From contig CAKOLL010000005.1 in NCBI GenBank assembly GCA_934096295.1, positions 16,761-80,760 on the forward strand: DNA of 64,000 bases, read 5' to 3'. Each line of letters begins with the position of its first letter. Position 1 is the stretch's first letter. The notes under the pieces are model-generated. The model did not search any database. It saw nothing but the letters and a program-made list of their open reading frames with translations, and was not told the DNA's origin. Made by a program: the position numbers and the translations under genes. Below are positions 9,625 to 18,608 of the stretch, in pieces. This DNA comes from an uncultured Bacilli bacterium. Its GTDB lineage: Bacteria > Bacillota_I > Bacilli_A > RF39 > UBA660.

Positions 9625-10216
9625 CTTTTACCTCCACTACTTCTGTACCACTTATTAAATCATGTAATCCTCTTCCATCTTTTCTAAATAGAATCATTCC
9701 ATAACCACAATAAGTAATAACATAACCAATTATACTAACAACCATAGATAATGTAAAGAATAATTTAGTATTTAAACATAATGCTAAACAAACATTTAAA
9801 CTACTAAAAAACAAATTATAAACAATTAACGTTCTAACTACATATTGCCATACCTTTACATTATTTTTTTTATTTTTATCAACAACTTTTAAATTCATTA
9901 ACTTTTTACCAACAGTTTGATTCTTATTCCATTTTTGAAAACCTACAAAATACAGCATATAACAAACTAAACTAATACCAGTTGAATAACTACTATATTT
10001 TAATGTATTTTGATATTGAGTAACAAACTCATCACTAGTAAATAAATCCATAGCATTATCTTCATTTAATGTCTTCAATGTTTCATTAAACTTTTCATAT
10101 GAATCTAAATAATAATCTAAATATGGATTTAATATATCAATATTAGCAAGAGCAGATGCCACAAAGCCAACTATTAAAATATCAATAATATATGCTAATA
10201 ATCTTTTTAATTTCAT
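9611..10216 (-). CDS. RDD-family membrane protein
   Basis: N-terminal RLLAYIIDILIVGFV and multiple TM segments. Confidence 0.5.
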   Translation of the reverse strand: MKLKRLLAYIIDILIVGFVASALANIDILNPYLDYYLDSYEKFNETLKTLNEDNAMDLFTSDEFVTQYQNTLKYSSYSTGISLVCYMLYFVGFQKWNKNQTVGKKLMNLKVVDKNKKNNVKVWQYVVRTLIVYNLFFSSLNVCLALCLNTKLFFTLSMVVSIIGYVITYCGYGMILFRKDGRGLHDLISGTEVVEVKDVIN

Positions 10217-10241
10217 AGACCCTCCAACTTAAATAAGCAAA

Positions 10242-11354
10242 CTATGTTGTTTGCTTACTTGATGCTAAAGTAACATTAAGTTCTTTAGTTTTACCATCTC
10301 TTATTACTGTAATCTTAATTGTATCACCAACTTTACATTGATATAAATAATATCTTAAATATGCAATATTTTTAACTTCTTTACCATCAATTTTAGTAAT
10401 AATATCATTAGCTTCAATTTTACCTTTAGCTGCTGGACTACCTTTTTCAACACTATTTACAATAACACCACTTGTTACACCAGAAGATTGAATTAAAGCT
10501 CCATATTGATAAGAATTATAATATTTATTTACATCATACATTGATACTCCAATATATGGATATTCTGTAGATTCACCTTTAATAATTTGTTCTGCTTTAG
10601 ATGTAGCATCTTCAATTGGAATTGCAAAACCCATTCCTTCAACACCACTACTTACAAGTTTAAGGGATGTAATACCTATTACTTCTCCATTACTATTACA
10701 TAAAGGTCCACCACTATTACCAGAGTTAATCGCCGCATCGGTTTGTAAAACCTTCATTATATAATCATTATTTCTTGAATTATTTAAAGAAACTTCTACT
10801 AATCTATCCTTACCAGATAAAATTCCTCTCGTAACTGTCCATGAATAAGCACTATCTAAAGGTGCTCCAACAGCAAATGTAGTATCACCTACTCTAGAAT
10901 TATCATTTTTACCTAAAGATGCTACAGTTAAATCATCTTTTGATTCAATTGATAATACTGCAATATCAGCATATTGATCAGAACCGACAACTGTAGTTTC
11001 TAGAACTTTTTCATCAGTAAATGTAACTGTAACTTTATTACCACCATCAATAACATGATGATTTGTTAAAATATAATACTTGTTTCCATCTTTTTTATAG
11101 ACAAAACCAGTTCCAGACGCAATATAAGTTTGATCTTTATATGTTGATACAATAACAACTGCATTATAAACTTTATCAACTGCATCAGCAATACCAGTAT
11201 CTGTAACAGTTACATCCTTTTCTAACTTAGTTACTGATTCTGTAATACTTGTTGGAAAGAAATATACAACTGCATACATTGCTAAACATCCTATAAAAAA
11301 TACTATTAAATAATTTACCCAACTTTTTCTTTGTTTAATTTGTTCTTCATTCAT
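10242..11354 (-). CDS. htrA: HtrA/DegP-family trypsin-like serine protease with C-terminal PDZ domain
   Basis: Catalytic GNSGGPL, His in NHHVI, an N-terminal TM anchor and a PDZ region. Confidence 0.85.
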   Translation of the reverse strand: MNEEQIKQRKSWVNYLIVFFIGCLAMYAVVYFFPTSITESVTKLEKDVTVTDTGIADAVDKVYNAVVIVSTYKDQTYIASGTGFVYKKDGNKYYILTNHHVIDGGNKVTVTFTDEKVLETTVVGSDQYADIAVLSIESKDDLTVASLGKNDNSRVGDTTFAVGAPLDSAYSWTVTRGILSGKDRLVEVSLNNSRNNDYIMKVLQTDAAINSGNSGGPLCNSNGEVIGITSLKLVSSGVEGMGFAIPIEDATSKAEQIIKGESTEYPYIGVSMYDVNKYYNSYQYGALIQSSGVTSGVIVNSVEKGSPAAKGKIEANDIITKIDGKEVKNIAYLRYYLYQCKVGDTIKITVIRDGKTKELNVTLASSKQTT

Positions 11355-12286
11355 TTTTCTAGCCTCACTATTTCTTTATAATTATTTGGGAATCCCATTT
11401 CATGTAATACTTTTTCTATTTTAATTACCTTAAGTTTGCCCGCTAATCTATCTAATTCATAACTTATTTCACTAATAAATAAATTAAAATTATCTTCATC
11501 CAGTAATTGTTTTAAAATAATTATTAATGCAAACAAATCATTCTTTCCATATATATATTCCTCACTTATCTTAGGAATATACAATAATCTATGATATTTT
11601 GTATCATCAATAGCTTTTTGAGTCCGATTAATATAACAAATATCTTCATGAGCACACAAATTTCTATAATTAGCAACAATCGGTAAATAATCAACCATAC
11701 TATCAATACTAACTTCAAAAACATCAGCAATTTCTTTTTGATCTTGGTACTGAAGAATCGTATAAAGTTCACCAACTATTCCAAATGATAAAACCTTCAC
11801 AACAACCCAAAGAGGAATATAACCATAATTTATGATGTAATGTGCTGTTGCAGTATGTTGTTTACCATTAACACTTATCTGTCTTTTCATCTTTCTAATT
11901 AAATCATTAATTTGTCTATTTCTTCTTGAATCTTTAACAAAGTTATTTGGATTTAAATAATTATTTTCTTTAAATCCATGATTCTTACTCATTACATAAG
12001 CTAATATACTTTTTAAGTTATTTTCTACAATTAAAATATTTTTAAAAAGTATATTTCTTATTTGTCTATCAAAAAGAAACATCGAATATAATTCATTAAA
12101 AGTAGTACCTTCAAGATAAGTCTTATTATCGTCTGGTCTCATAAATAAATGACGGTAACCACTTAAGAAAAAGTAGTTTTCACGTAACAAAACAGTTTTA
12201 GCAATTTCAATATCTTCAACTACTAAACCTTTTTTTGTAAGTATGTCAATTTGTTCATCTAATGTTTTAAATGTTTTTGCTTTCAC
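11351..12286 (-). CDS. Abi_2-family abortive-infection protein (AbiD/AbiF-like)
   Basis: N-terminus MKAKTFKTLDEQIDILTKKGLVVEDIEIAKTVLLRENYFFLSGYRHLF matches the conserved Abi_2 N-terminal signature. Length is 311 aa, and the start overlaps the htrA stop (ATGA). Confidence 0.6.
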   Translation of the reverse strand: MKAKTFKTLDEQIDILTKKGLVVEDIEIAKTVLLRENYFFLSGYRHLFMRPDDNKTYLEGTTFNELYSMFLFDRQIRNILFKNILIVENNLKSILAYVMSKNHGFKENNYLNPNNFVKDSRRNRQINDLIRKMKRQISVNGKQHTATAHYIINYGYIPLWVVVKVLSFGIVGELYTILQYQDQKEIADVFEVSIDSMVDYLPIVANYRNLCAHEDICYINRTQKAIDDTKYHRLLYIPKISEEYIYGKNDLFALIIILKQLLDEDNFNLFISEISYELDRLAGKLKVIKIEKVLHEMGFPNNYKEIVRLEK

Positions 12287-12403
12287 ACTATACCGCCTTT
12301 ACTTTAAACATTATATCACAACTGACTTAATAAATATATAGCAAAATAATGGTTTTAATGTAAAAATATTGTGAAAAAAAAGTGAAATATTTTATATTAT
12401 TTA

Positions 12404-12676
12404 TTATCCTCCCACCAAATTATATTTTTCTTCTAATAATCTAAAATCTTTTTCAGTTATTCGTCCATTCATCAAAGCGACTTTTGCATTAGTTAAAAGC
12501 GCATCACACATCGCATCATATAAAACCCATTCGTCAGTTTCATAATACAATCTATCAAGTTCTGCAATTGTATTTTTTACCATATCAGGAAATTTACTAC
12601 TATCAATTTTTATATCATAATTTAAATACATATAACCTTTAAAATATTTTTTATATTCATTATTCATAAAACTCAT
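12404..12676 (-). CDS. hypothetical protein (90 aa)
   Basis: An ORF with a coding-like composition; I recognise no family. Confidence 0.35.
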   Translation of the reverse strand: MSFMNNEYKKYFKGYMYLNYDIKIDSSKFPDMVKNTIAELDRLYYETDEWVLYDAMCDALLTNAKVALMNGRITEKDFRLLEEKYNLVGG

Positions 12677-12681
12677 TCCCT

Positions 12682-13332
12682 TTAATTATAATGATGACTA
12701 ATTGCTTCAGCTAACACTTTAGCAAATTCACTTTGATATCCTTTTGTAACTAATTTGCTTCTTTCCATTGCATTAGACAAAAAACCACATTCTACTAAAA
12801 CCCCTTTAGTAGTTAATTTACCATACATGTAAGTAGAGGTGGGAATCTTTTTTATATTTCTATCAGTATTAGTATTTTTATTTAAATATTCCTGAATATC
12901 CCTAGCTAAATTTTCATTACCTTTATTATAAAATACTTGAGCACCATAATATTTAGTGTCTGTTAAGTAGTTCAAATGAATTGATACATACATATCAACA
13001 ATATTTTGATTAATTATTTTAATTCTTTCATCAAAATCTGCCTTCTTACGATGATTCTTAACACCATTACTTAAATCACTATCACTAGTTCTTGTCATAA
13101 TAACTGTTGCACCCATTTCACTTAAATATTTTTCTAAATATTTACCAATTGAAAGAGTAATATCTTTTTCATAAATATCATTATATAAGGAACCAGGATC
13201 CAAACCACCATGACCACTATCAATTGCTATAACCTTCCCTTGCAAAGGCAAATCAGCTCTAACCGGATAACTATACATGATTAAAAATAAAAATAAAAAA
13301 ACAAAAATAACACTAATATAATATCTTTTCAT
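12682..13332 (-). CDS. cwlD: N-acetylmuramoyl-L-alanine amidase, CwlD-like (Amidase_3) with signal peptide
   Basis: IDSGHGGLDPG zinc-binding motif. Size of 216 aa with an N-terminal hydrophobic leader is typical of germination-specific CwlD. Confidence 0.7.
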   Translation of the reverse strand: MKRYYISVIFVFLFLFLIMYSYPVRADLPLQGKVIAIDSGHGGLDPGSLYNDIYEKDITLSIGKYLEKYLSEMGATVIMTRTSDSDLSNGVKNHRKKADFDERIKIINQNIVDMYVSIHLNYLTDTKYYGAQVFYNKGNENLARDIQEYLNKNTNTDRNIKKIPTSTYMYGKLTTKGVLVECGFLSNAMERSKLVTKGYQSEFAKVLAEAISHHYN

Positions 13333-13374
13333 ATTAAATACTATGCATTATATTTGTTTTAATTTCAAACAACA

Positions 13375-14211
13375 TTATTTAGTTGTCTTATCATATTCAT
13401 CCATAAAACTTTTATAAACCCCATTCTTTTTAGTACCTAACACACAATTTAGATTAATGTTATCTAAAGATTTAAATATATTATAATCAATATCAGGATT
13501 TAATTCCCGCAAATGTTTTATCAACTCTTTCATTTCTTTTCTTTTACTTACAGATTCATCACTATTACTTACTTTTTCAGTAAACTTACATGCACAATTA
13601 ATAAATTCTAAATTATTATACTTTGCCCAAGAGATGATACTATATTCTTTTACTAAATAAAGTGGTCTAATAAGTTCTAGATTTTCAAAATTTTCACTAT
13701 GAAGCTTTGGCAACATTGTTTTAACCTCACTACCATAAAACATAGAAAGTAATGTTGTTTCTATTACATCATCAAAATGATGTCCCAAAGCTATTTTATT
13801 ACATCCTAACTCTTTAGCTTTATTATATAAATGTCCCCTTCTCATGCGAGCACACATATAACATGGGCTCTTCTCATTTAAACTATTAGCAACATCAAAT
13901 ATATCACTATCAAACATTTCTAAGTTAATGTTTAAAATTTCAGCATTCTCTAGTATCTTTTCTTTATTAACTTCATTATAACCAGGATTCATACATACAT
14001 AATATGCCTCAAATGGAATACCACCATGTTTTTGTAATTCTTGGATACACTTAGCTAATAAAAAAGAATCTTTACCTCCAGAAATACAAACCATAACCTT
14101 ATCATTTTCGTTAATAAGTCTATAATCTTTAACAGCCTTAACAAACTTAGCCCATATTTCTTTTCTATACTTTTTTATGATACTTCTTTCTATTTCCTTA
14201 TATCTTTCCAT
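13375..14211 (-). CDS. ttcA: PP-loop ATPase, tRNA 2-thiocytidine synthetase TtcA family
   Basis: PP-loop CISGGKDS plus Cys motifs CYMCARMRRG and CACKF. Confidence 0.7.
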   Translation of the reverse strand: MERYKEIERSIIKKYRKEIWAKFVKAVKDYRLINENDKVMVCISGGKDSFLLAKCIQELQKHGGIPFEAYYVCMNPGYNEVNKEKILENAEILNINLEMFDSDIFDVANSLNEKSPCYMCARMRRGHLYNKAKELGCNKIALGHHFDDVIETTLLSMFYGSEVKTMLPKLHSENFENLELIRPLYLVKEYSIISWAKYNNLEFINCACKFTEKVSNSDESVSKRKEMKELIKHLRELNPDIDYNIFKSLDNINLNCVLGTKKNGVYKSFMDEYDKTTK

Positions 14212-14983
14212 TTCTTACCTCACCCAAATACTTTTTTACATACTTATAATAACACTCTATCTTATCTTTAAACATTAATTTGTTATATATCTCATCAACT
14301 ATATTCTCTTTTTCTATATATTCTAAAGTCCATTTATAATTCATATCAAATACAAATGCTAACTTTAATAATATCTTATCCGAAAACGTCTTCACTTTTG
14401 TATGATCTATACTTTCATCTCTTAAAAATTCATTTTTTACATCAAGAGTTATTTCACTATCATCTTCATCTAAAACAATATCTCCATTTTTTACCATATA
14501 CATTATATCTGCTTTATCAGCATCTCGTAGAATATTAGACATTATTAAATCAACATCTTTCGTATCATTAGAAATTTTATATTGATTATGATTTTTTATA
14601 GCAATATAAATTGTATCATTCCACTTATGATTAATATTAAAATCATTAATTTTTTTATCTTCAAATAAAATTTTTAAGCCTAATAAAGCATGGTCTTCAC
14701 CTTTTAAATCATCAAATGTATGATATTTTTGCCATTGTATAAAACGCCCTATATCATGCACTAATCCTATAAATTCTGCTAAGTCAATTAATTCATCAGA
14801 AAGATCTAAGCTTTCAGCAATAGACTTACATAAACAACTAACTCTGATTGAATGACTTATTTTTCTTTTAATTTCTTTTTCTTCTGTATTAAATAAACTT
14901 GCATATTCTAAAAATATTTTTTCATTATTCAACAATATCACTTCCAAAAAGATTCCATGGATATTCATCCCAATATGGATCAC
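14198..14983 (-). CDS. HD-domain phosphohydrolase
   Basis: H...HDIGR motif. Confidence 0.55.
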   Translation of the reverse strand: MIHIGMNIHGIFLEVILLNNEKIFLEYASLFNTEEKEIKRKISHSIRVSCLCKSIAESLDLSDELIDLAEFIGLVHDIGRFIQWQKYHTFDDLKGEDHALLGLKILFEDKKINDFNINHKWNDTIYIAIKNHNQYKISNDTKDVDLIMSNILRDADKADIMYMVKNGDIVLDEDDSEITLDVKNEFLRDESIDHTKVKTFSDKILLKLAFVFDMNYKWTLEYIEKENIVDEIYNKLMFKDKIECYYKYVKKYLGEVRNGKI

Positions 14984-15617
14984 ATTTAAAAAGCAATTTA
15001 TCTTTTGTAACAGGATGTAAAAATTCTAAACTATAAGCCCACAATGCTATTTGTTCACCAACTTTTGCATTTTTATTATATTTTTGATCTCCCCATAAAG
15101 GATAACCACGTGATGAAAATTGTACACGGATTTGATGAGATCTTCCTGTTAACAAATTAATTTTAACTAAACTTAAACCATCCATATACTTAATTAATGT
15201 ATATTCTAATTTTGAAAATTTACCATTTTTATCAACAATAGTTTTATTTTCTTTTTCAAGTTTCAATAAATAATCTTCAAAAACACCTTCATTAGGAACT
15301 TTACCTTCCACAACAGCTAAATATGTTTTTTGAAAACTATGAGTTCTAACCATATCACTCAATCTACTTGCTGCTTTACTAGTTTTAGCAAAAGCCATTA
15401 CTCCACCAACAGGCCTATCAAGTCTATGTACTAGCCCTAAATAAACATTGCCAGGTTTGTTATATTTATCTTTAATATAAGCTTTTAATTGTGTTAATAA
15501 ATCGATATCATTCGTAGAATCCCCTTGAACCAAAACATTTCGAGGTTTTTGTACAACTAACAAATGGTTATCTTCATAAATAATTTTATTCATCTTGCCA
15601 TCTTCCATATATACCAC
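14925..15617 (-). CDS. RluA-family pseudouridine synthase
   Basis: HRLDRPVGGVMAFAKT catalytic-Asp motif. Confidence 0.8.
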   Translation of the reverse strand: MVYMEDGKMNKIIYEDNHLLVVQKPRNVLVQGDSTNDIDLLTQLKAYIKDKYNKPGNVYLGLVHRLDRPVGGVMAFAKTSKAASRLSDMVRTHSFQKTYLAVVEGKVPNEGVFEDYLLKLEKENKTIVDKNGKFSKLEYTLIKYMDGLSLVKINLLTGRSHQIRVQFSSRGYPLWGDQKYNKNAKVGEQIALWAYSLEFLHPVTKDKLLFKCDPYWDEYPWNLFGSDIVE

Positions 15618-16452
15618 ATGGTAAAACTAAATCATTTTTACTAATTGGAAGACCAATTTCTCCAGCATCAATAATACCACCATAAGTTTTACCTACTGTA
15701 AGTTTTAATATATTATATAAAACTGTACTAGAAACACCTGTAGTATAAGCATTAATCAAGAAAAACAAAGGATTATCACTTAATAACAATGTACATCTAC
15801 TTACTAATTCTTCTAAATTCTTTTCAAGTTTCCAAACCTCACCACTTGGTCCTCTTCCATAACTTGGTGGATCCATAACAATTGCATCATATTTATTTCC
15901 ACGTCTTATTTCTCTTTCAACAAACTTTAAACAATCATCGACTAAAAATCTTATATAATTATCTTGAACATTAGAAAGTTTAGCATTTTCTTTAGCCCAT
16001 TCAACCATTCCTCGGGCAGCATCAACATGAACAACAAGCTCAGCACCTGCCTTACTACAAGCAACCGTAGCACCGCCAGTATATCCAAAAAGATTTAAAA
16101 CTTTAATTGGTCTATTAGCATTTCTAATTTTATTCATCATAAAATCCCAATTCGTAGCTTGTTCAGGAAATAATCCAGTATGTTTAAAATTTGTTGGACT
16201 TACCTTAAACTTTAAATCCTTATACTCAATAGTCCAAAAATCAGGTAATTTTTTATTAAATTCCCAGTGACCTCCGCCATCTACGAACCGATAATAAACT
16301 CCATCAACATTTTTCCAAGTTTTATCTATTTCTATTGGCCACATTGCTAACGGTTCTGGTCTTCTTAAAACAATATTTCCCCAACGCTCCAATTTTTCAC
16401 CATTACCAGCATCTATACATTCATAATCTTTCCATTCATTACTTATTCTCAT
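15586..16452 (-). CDS. class I SAM-dependent rRNA methyltransferase (RlmI/RlmK-like)
   Basis: NLFGYTGGATVACSKAGA SAM-binding motif and DPPSYGRG catalytic motif. Confidence 0.7.
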   Translation of the reverse strand: MRISNEWKDYECIDAGNGEKLERWGNIVLRRPEPLAMWPIEIDKTWKNVDGVYYRFVDGGGHWEFNKKLPDFWTIEYKDLKFKVSPTNFKHTGLFPEQATNWDFMMNKIRNANRPIKVLNLFGYTGGATVACSKAGAELVVHVDAARGMVEWAKENAKLSNVQDNYIRFLVDDCLKFVEREIRRGNKYDAIVMDPPSYGRGPSGEVWKLEKNLEELVSRCTLLLSDNPLFFLINAYTTGVSSTVLYNILKLTVGKTYGGIIDAGEIGLPISKNDLVLPCGIYGRWQDE

Positions 16453-16539
16453 GTTTTTACCTCGCTAGAAATATTTTACTAAATATTTAATCATATTTCA
16501 ATTAAAATACAGAAAAATCCAAGACATTTATCTTGAATT

Positions 16540-18534
16540 TTATTTATAACAATATCTATTATTATATTTAGAAAATCCCCGTGGACACGAATATGTTGTT
16601 GAGCAATCATTATAACACCCACCACCAGTAGTAACACATCTTGATGCCGTTTTATCTATATTTGGAAAACGAGAAGGACAAGTTTTATAATAATAATCAT
16701 AACAAGTTTTCCAAGTAGGTTCATAAACGCCGTATTTACAGCTTTTACTTGCTATTTCCGATGAAGAAGCATTATAATAACACACTAAATCACATGTTTC
16801 TGTTGCTGGAGTACATACCTCTTGACAACTTTCATCCTCATCAGTTGTTGTTATTGTTATTTTACAACTGCCAGTATTCCCTGCCGCATCTTTAACATAT
16901 CCATAATATGTTCCAGTACTTATTGATAATGTTTGATTTGTATAACTTTCTGTGGTACTTGATGATATGCCAGAATTTGATACATCACTATCTTTACTAC
17001 CAAAAACAATCTTGGACCCACTTAAGGATAAACTACATTTTGGTACAGTTTTATCAATTTTTAATGTTTTGCCCACGGACGAACCACTACATTTTGATTC
17101 ATAACAAGCTCTTACATATATAATATTATTTATATCTTTTTCATATACAAAATTTACACTATTTCCATTTATTATTTGAGCTGATAATACAATCCAGCTT
17201 CCATTACCAATTTTATATTGGAATTGTGTTACTAAATCATTTGCTGAACCAGGGGTTATTTCAATATATATAGATTTATTTGTCCACACCCCATTATATA
17301 TTTCTCCATTACTATTTTCATATTTAGTTTCAATTAATGGTGTTGATGGCACTCTAGGAACAACCTTTAATTTAGTTGATGCATTTGCTGTTTTACCATT
17401 GCCTCCGACTGCTGTACATGTTAAAGTATATTCACCAACAGTTAAATCTCCAGTTTTCTCATAATTACAAGATAATGTTCCCCCGCTTTTTGAATACTTA
17501 ACATCAAAATATGATGACACAACATAATTTTCATTAACAAAGATTTGATTTTCAGCATTTTTTGCCTTAATCCTTGGACCATCTTCATCTATTTTATCAA
17601 CTTTTATAATTTTCTCTTCACTAATATTTCCTACAACATCTTTTACACAAACTTTGTATGTTCCAGTTTTATTAACAACCACATTTTTACTACTATCAAA
17701 TTTATCACAAGAAAGATTAGACTCCACTACAGAATAACCATTTATACCAGATCCCATTCCATCACTTGCTATTATTTCAATATTTTTTTCATAAGACCAA
17801 TTAGTATCAACTTTTATTTCATTTATAACAGGGGCTTCCATATCAATTTGAATATTTCTTGATGCAATTCCGTTTGTATTATCTTTAGTTATTTCACATT
17901 TATAATTTACATTTCCCACAAGTTCAATATTAGTTTTTACAACATTTTCATTACTTGAAAATCCCGTATTTGTTGACCAATTATATTTTATATCTTCACC
18001 AGTTAACAATTGACCTTCATATGATATACCTAAAGTAATATTTTCATTTATCCATTTATTTTCAAGCGCAACACATTTATTATCAACAACTTTACATATA
18101 TCATAAAGTGTTTTTCTCTCATATTTTTTACATACCCCATTTTCTCTTCCAAGATTTTCACCCAATTCTGATGTATAAACTCCATCTTTATATTCCGATT
18201 TTATTAAATAACAATTCATACTCGTTTTATCTCTCGGATTATATATATCAGTTTCATCATCGGGCTTTACATAACCTTCTTTTATTAAATCCTCAACACT
18301 TATCGTGGTAACACCTGTTTTTTCAGCATATTCACTAGCTTTTGTTTCTAAATAAAAAACTAAATTATTATATTCTTTTTCTAAAACACTTTTTCTAACA
18401 TTTATAAAAATAACTACAGACAAGGTTACTAAAATAGAAAGAATAACAACTACAGCAATCAATTCTGTTAATGAAAAAGCTTTCTTTCCTAATTTAAAAA
18501 TTGTTTTTTTATTTTTAGTGATTAATTTTTTCAT
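16540..18534 (-). CDS. large pilin-like protein 1 (664 aa): type IV prepilin-like N-terminus, Ig-like modules and a Cys-rich C-terminal tail
   Basis: Basic leader followed by KAFSLTELIAVVVILSILVTL, a class III signal/prepilin motif with Glu at +5. It is paralogous to the next two genes and its tail ends SCPRGFSKYNNRYCYK. Confidence 0.6.
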   Translation of the reverse strand: MKKLITKNKKTIFKLGKKAFSLTELIAVVVILSILVTLSVVIFINVRKSVLEKEYNNLVFYLETKASEYAEKTGVTTISVEDLIKEGYVKPDDETDIYNPRDKTSMNCYLIKSEYKDGVYTSELGENLGRENGVCKKYERKTLYDICKVVDNKCVALENKWINENITLGISYEGQLLTGEDIKYNWSTNTGFSSNENVVKTNIELVGNVNYKCEITKDNTNGIASRNIQIDMEAPVINEIKVDTNWSYEKNIEIIASDGMGSGINGYSVVESNLSCDKFDSSKNVVVNKTGTYKVCVKDVVGNISEEKIIKVDKIDEDGPRIKAKNAENQIFVNENYVVSSYFDVKYSKSGGTLSCNYEKTGDLTVGEYTLTCTAVGGNGKTANASTKLKVVPRVPSTPLIETKYENSNGEIYNGVWTNKSIYIEITPGSANDLVTQFQYKIGNGSWIVLSAQIINGNSVNFVYEKDINNIIYVRACYESKCSGSSVGKTLKIDKTVPKCSLSLSGSKIVFGSKDSDVSNSGISSSTTESYTNQTLSISTGTYYGYVKDAAGNTGSCKITITTTDEDESCQEVCTPATETCDLVCYYNASSSEIASKSCKYGVYEPTWKTCYDYYYKTCPSRFPNIDKTASRCVTTGGGCYNDCSTTYSCPRGFSKYNNRYCYK

Positions 18535-18608
18535 AACATCACCTATATTAATAATAAATTAAATATTAGATTTAGTCAAATAAAATTCAAAACGCTTTAC
18601 GTTTTGAA

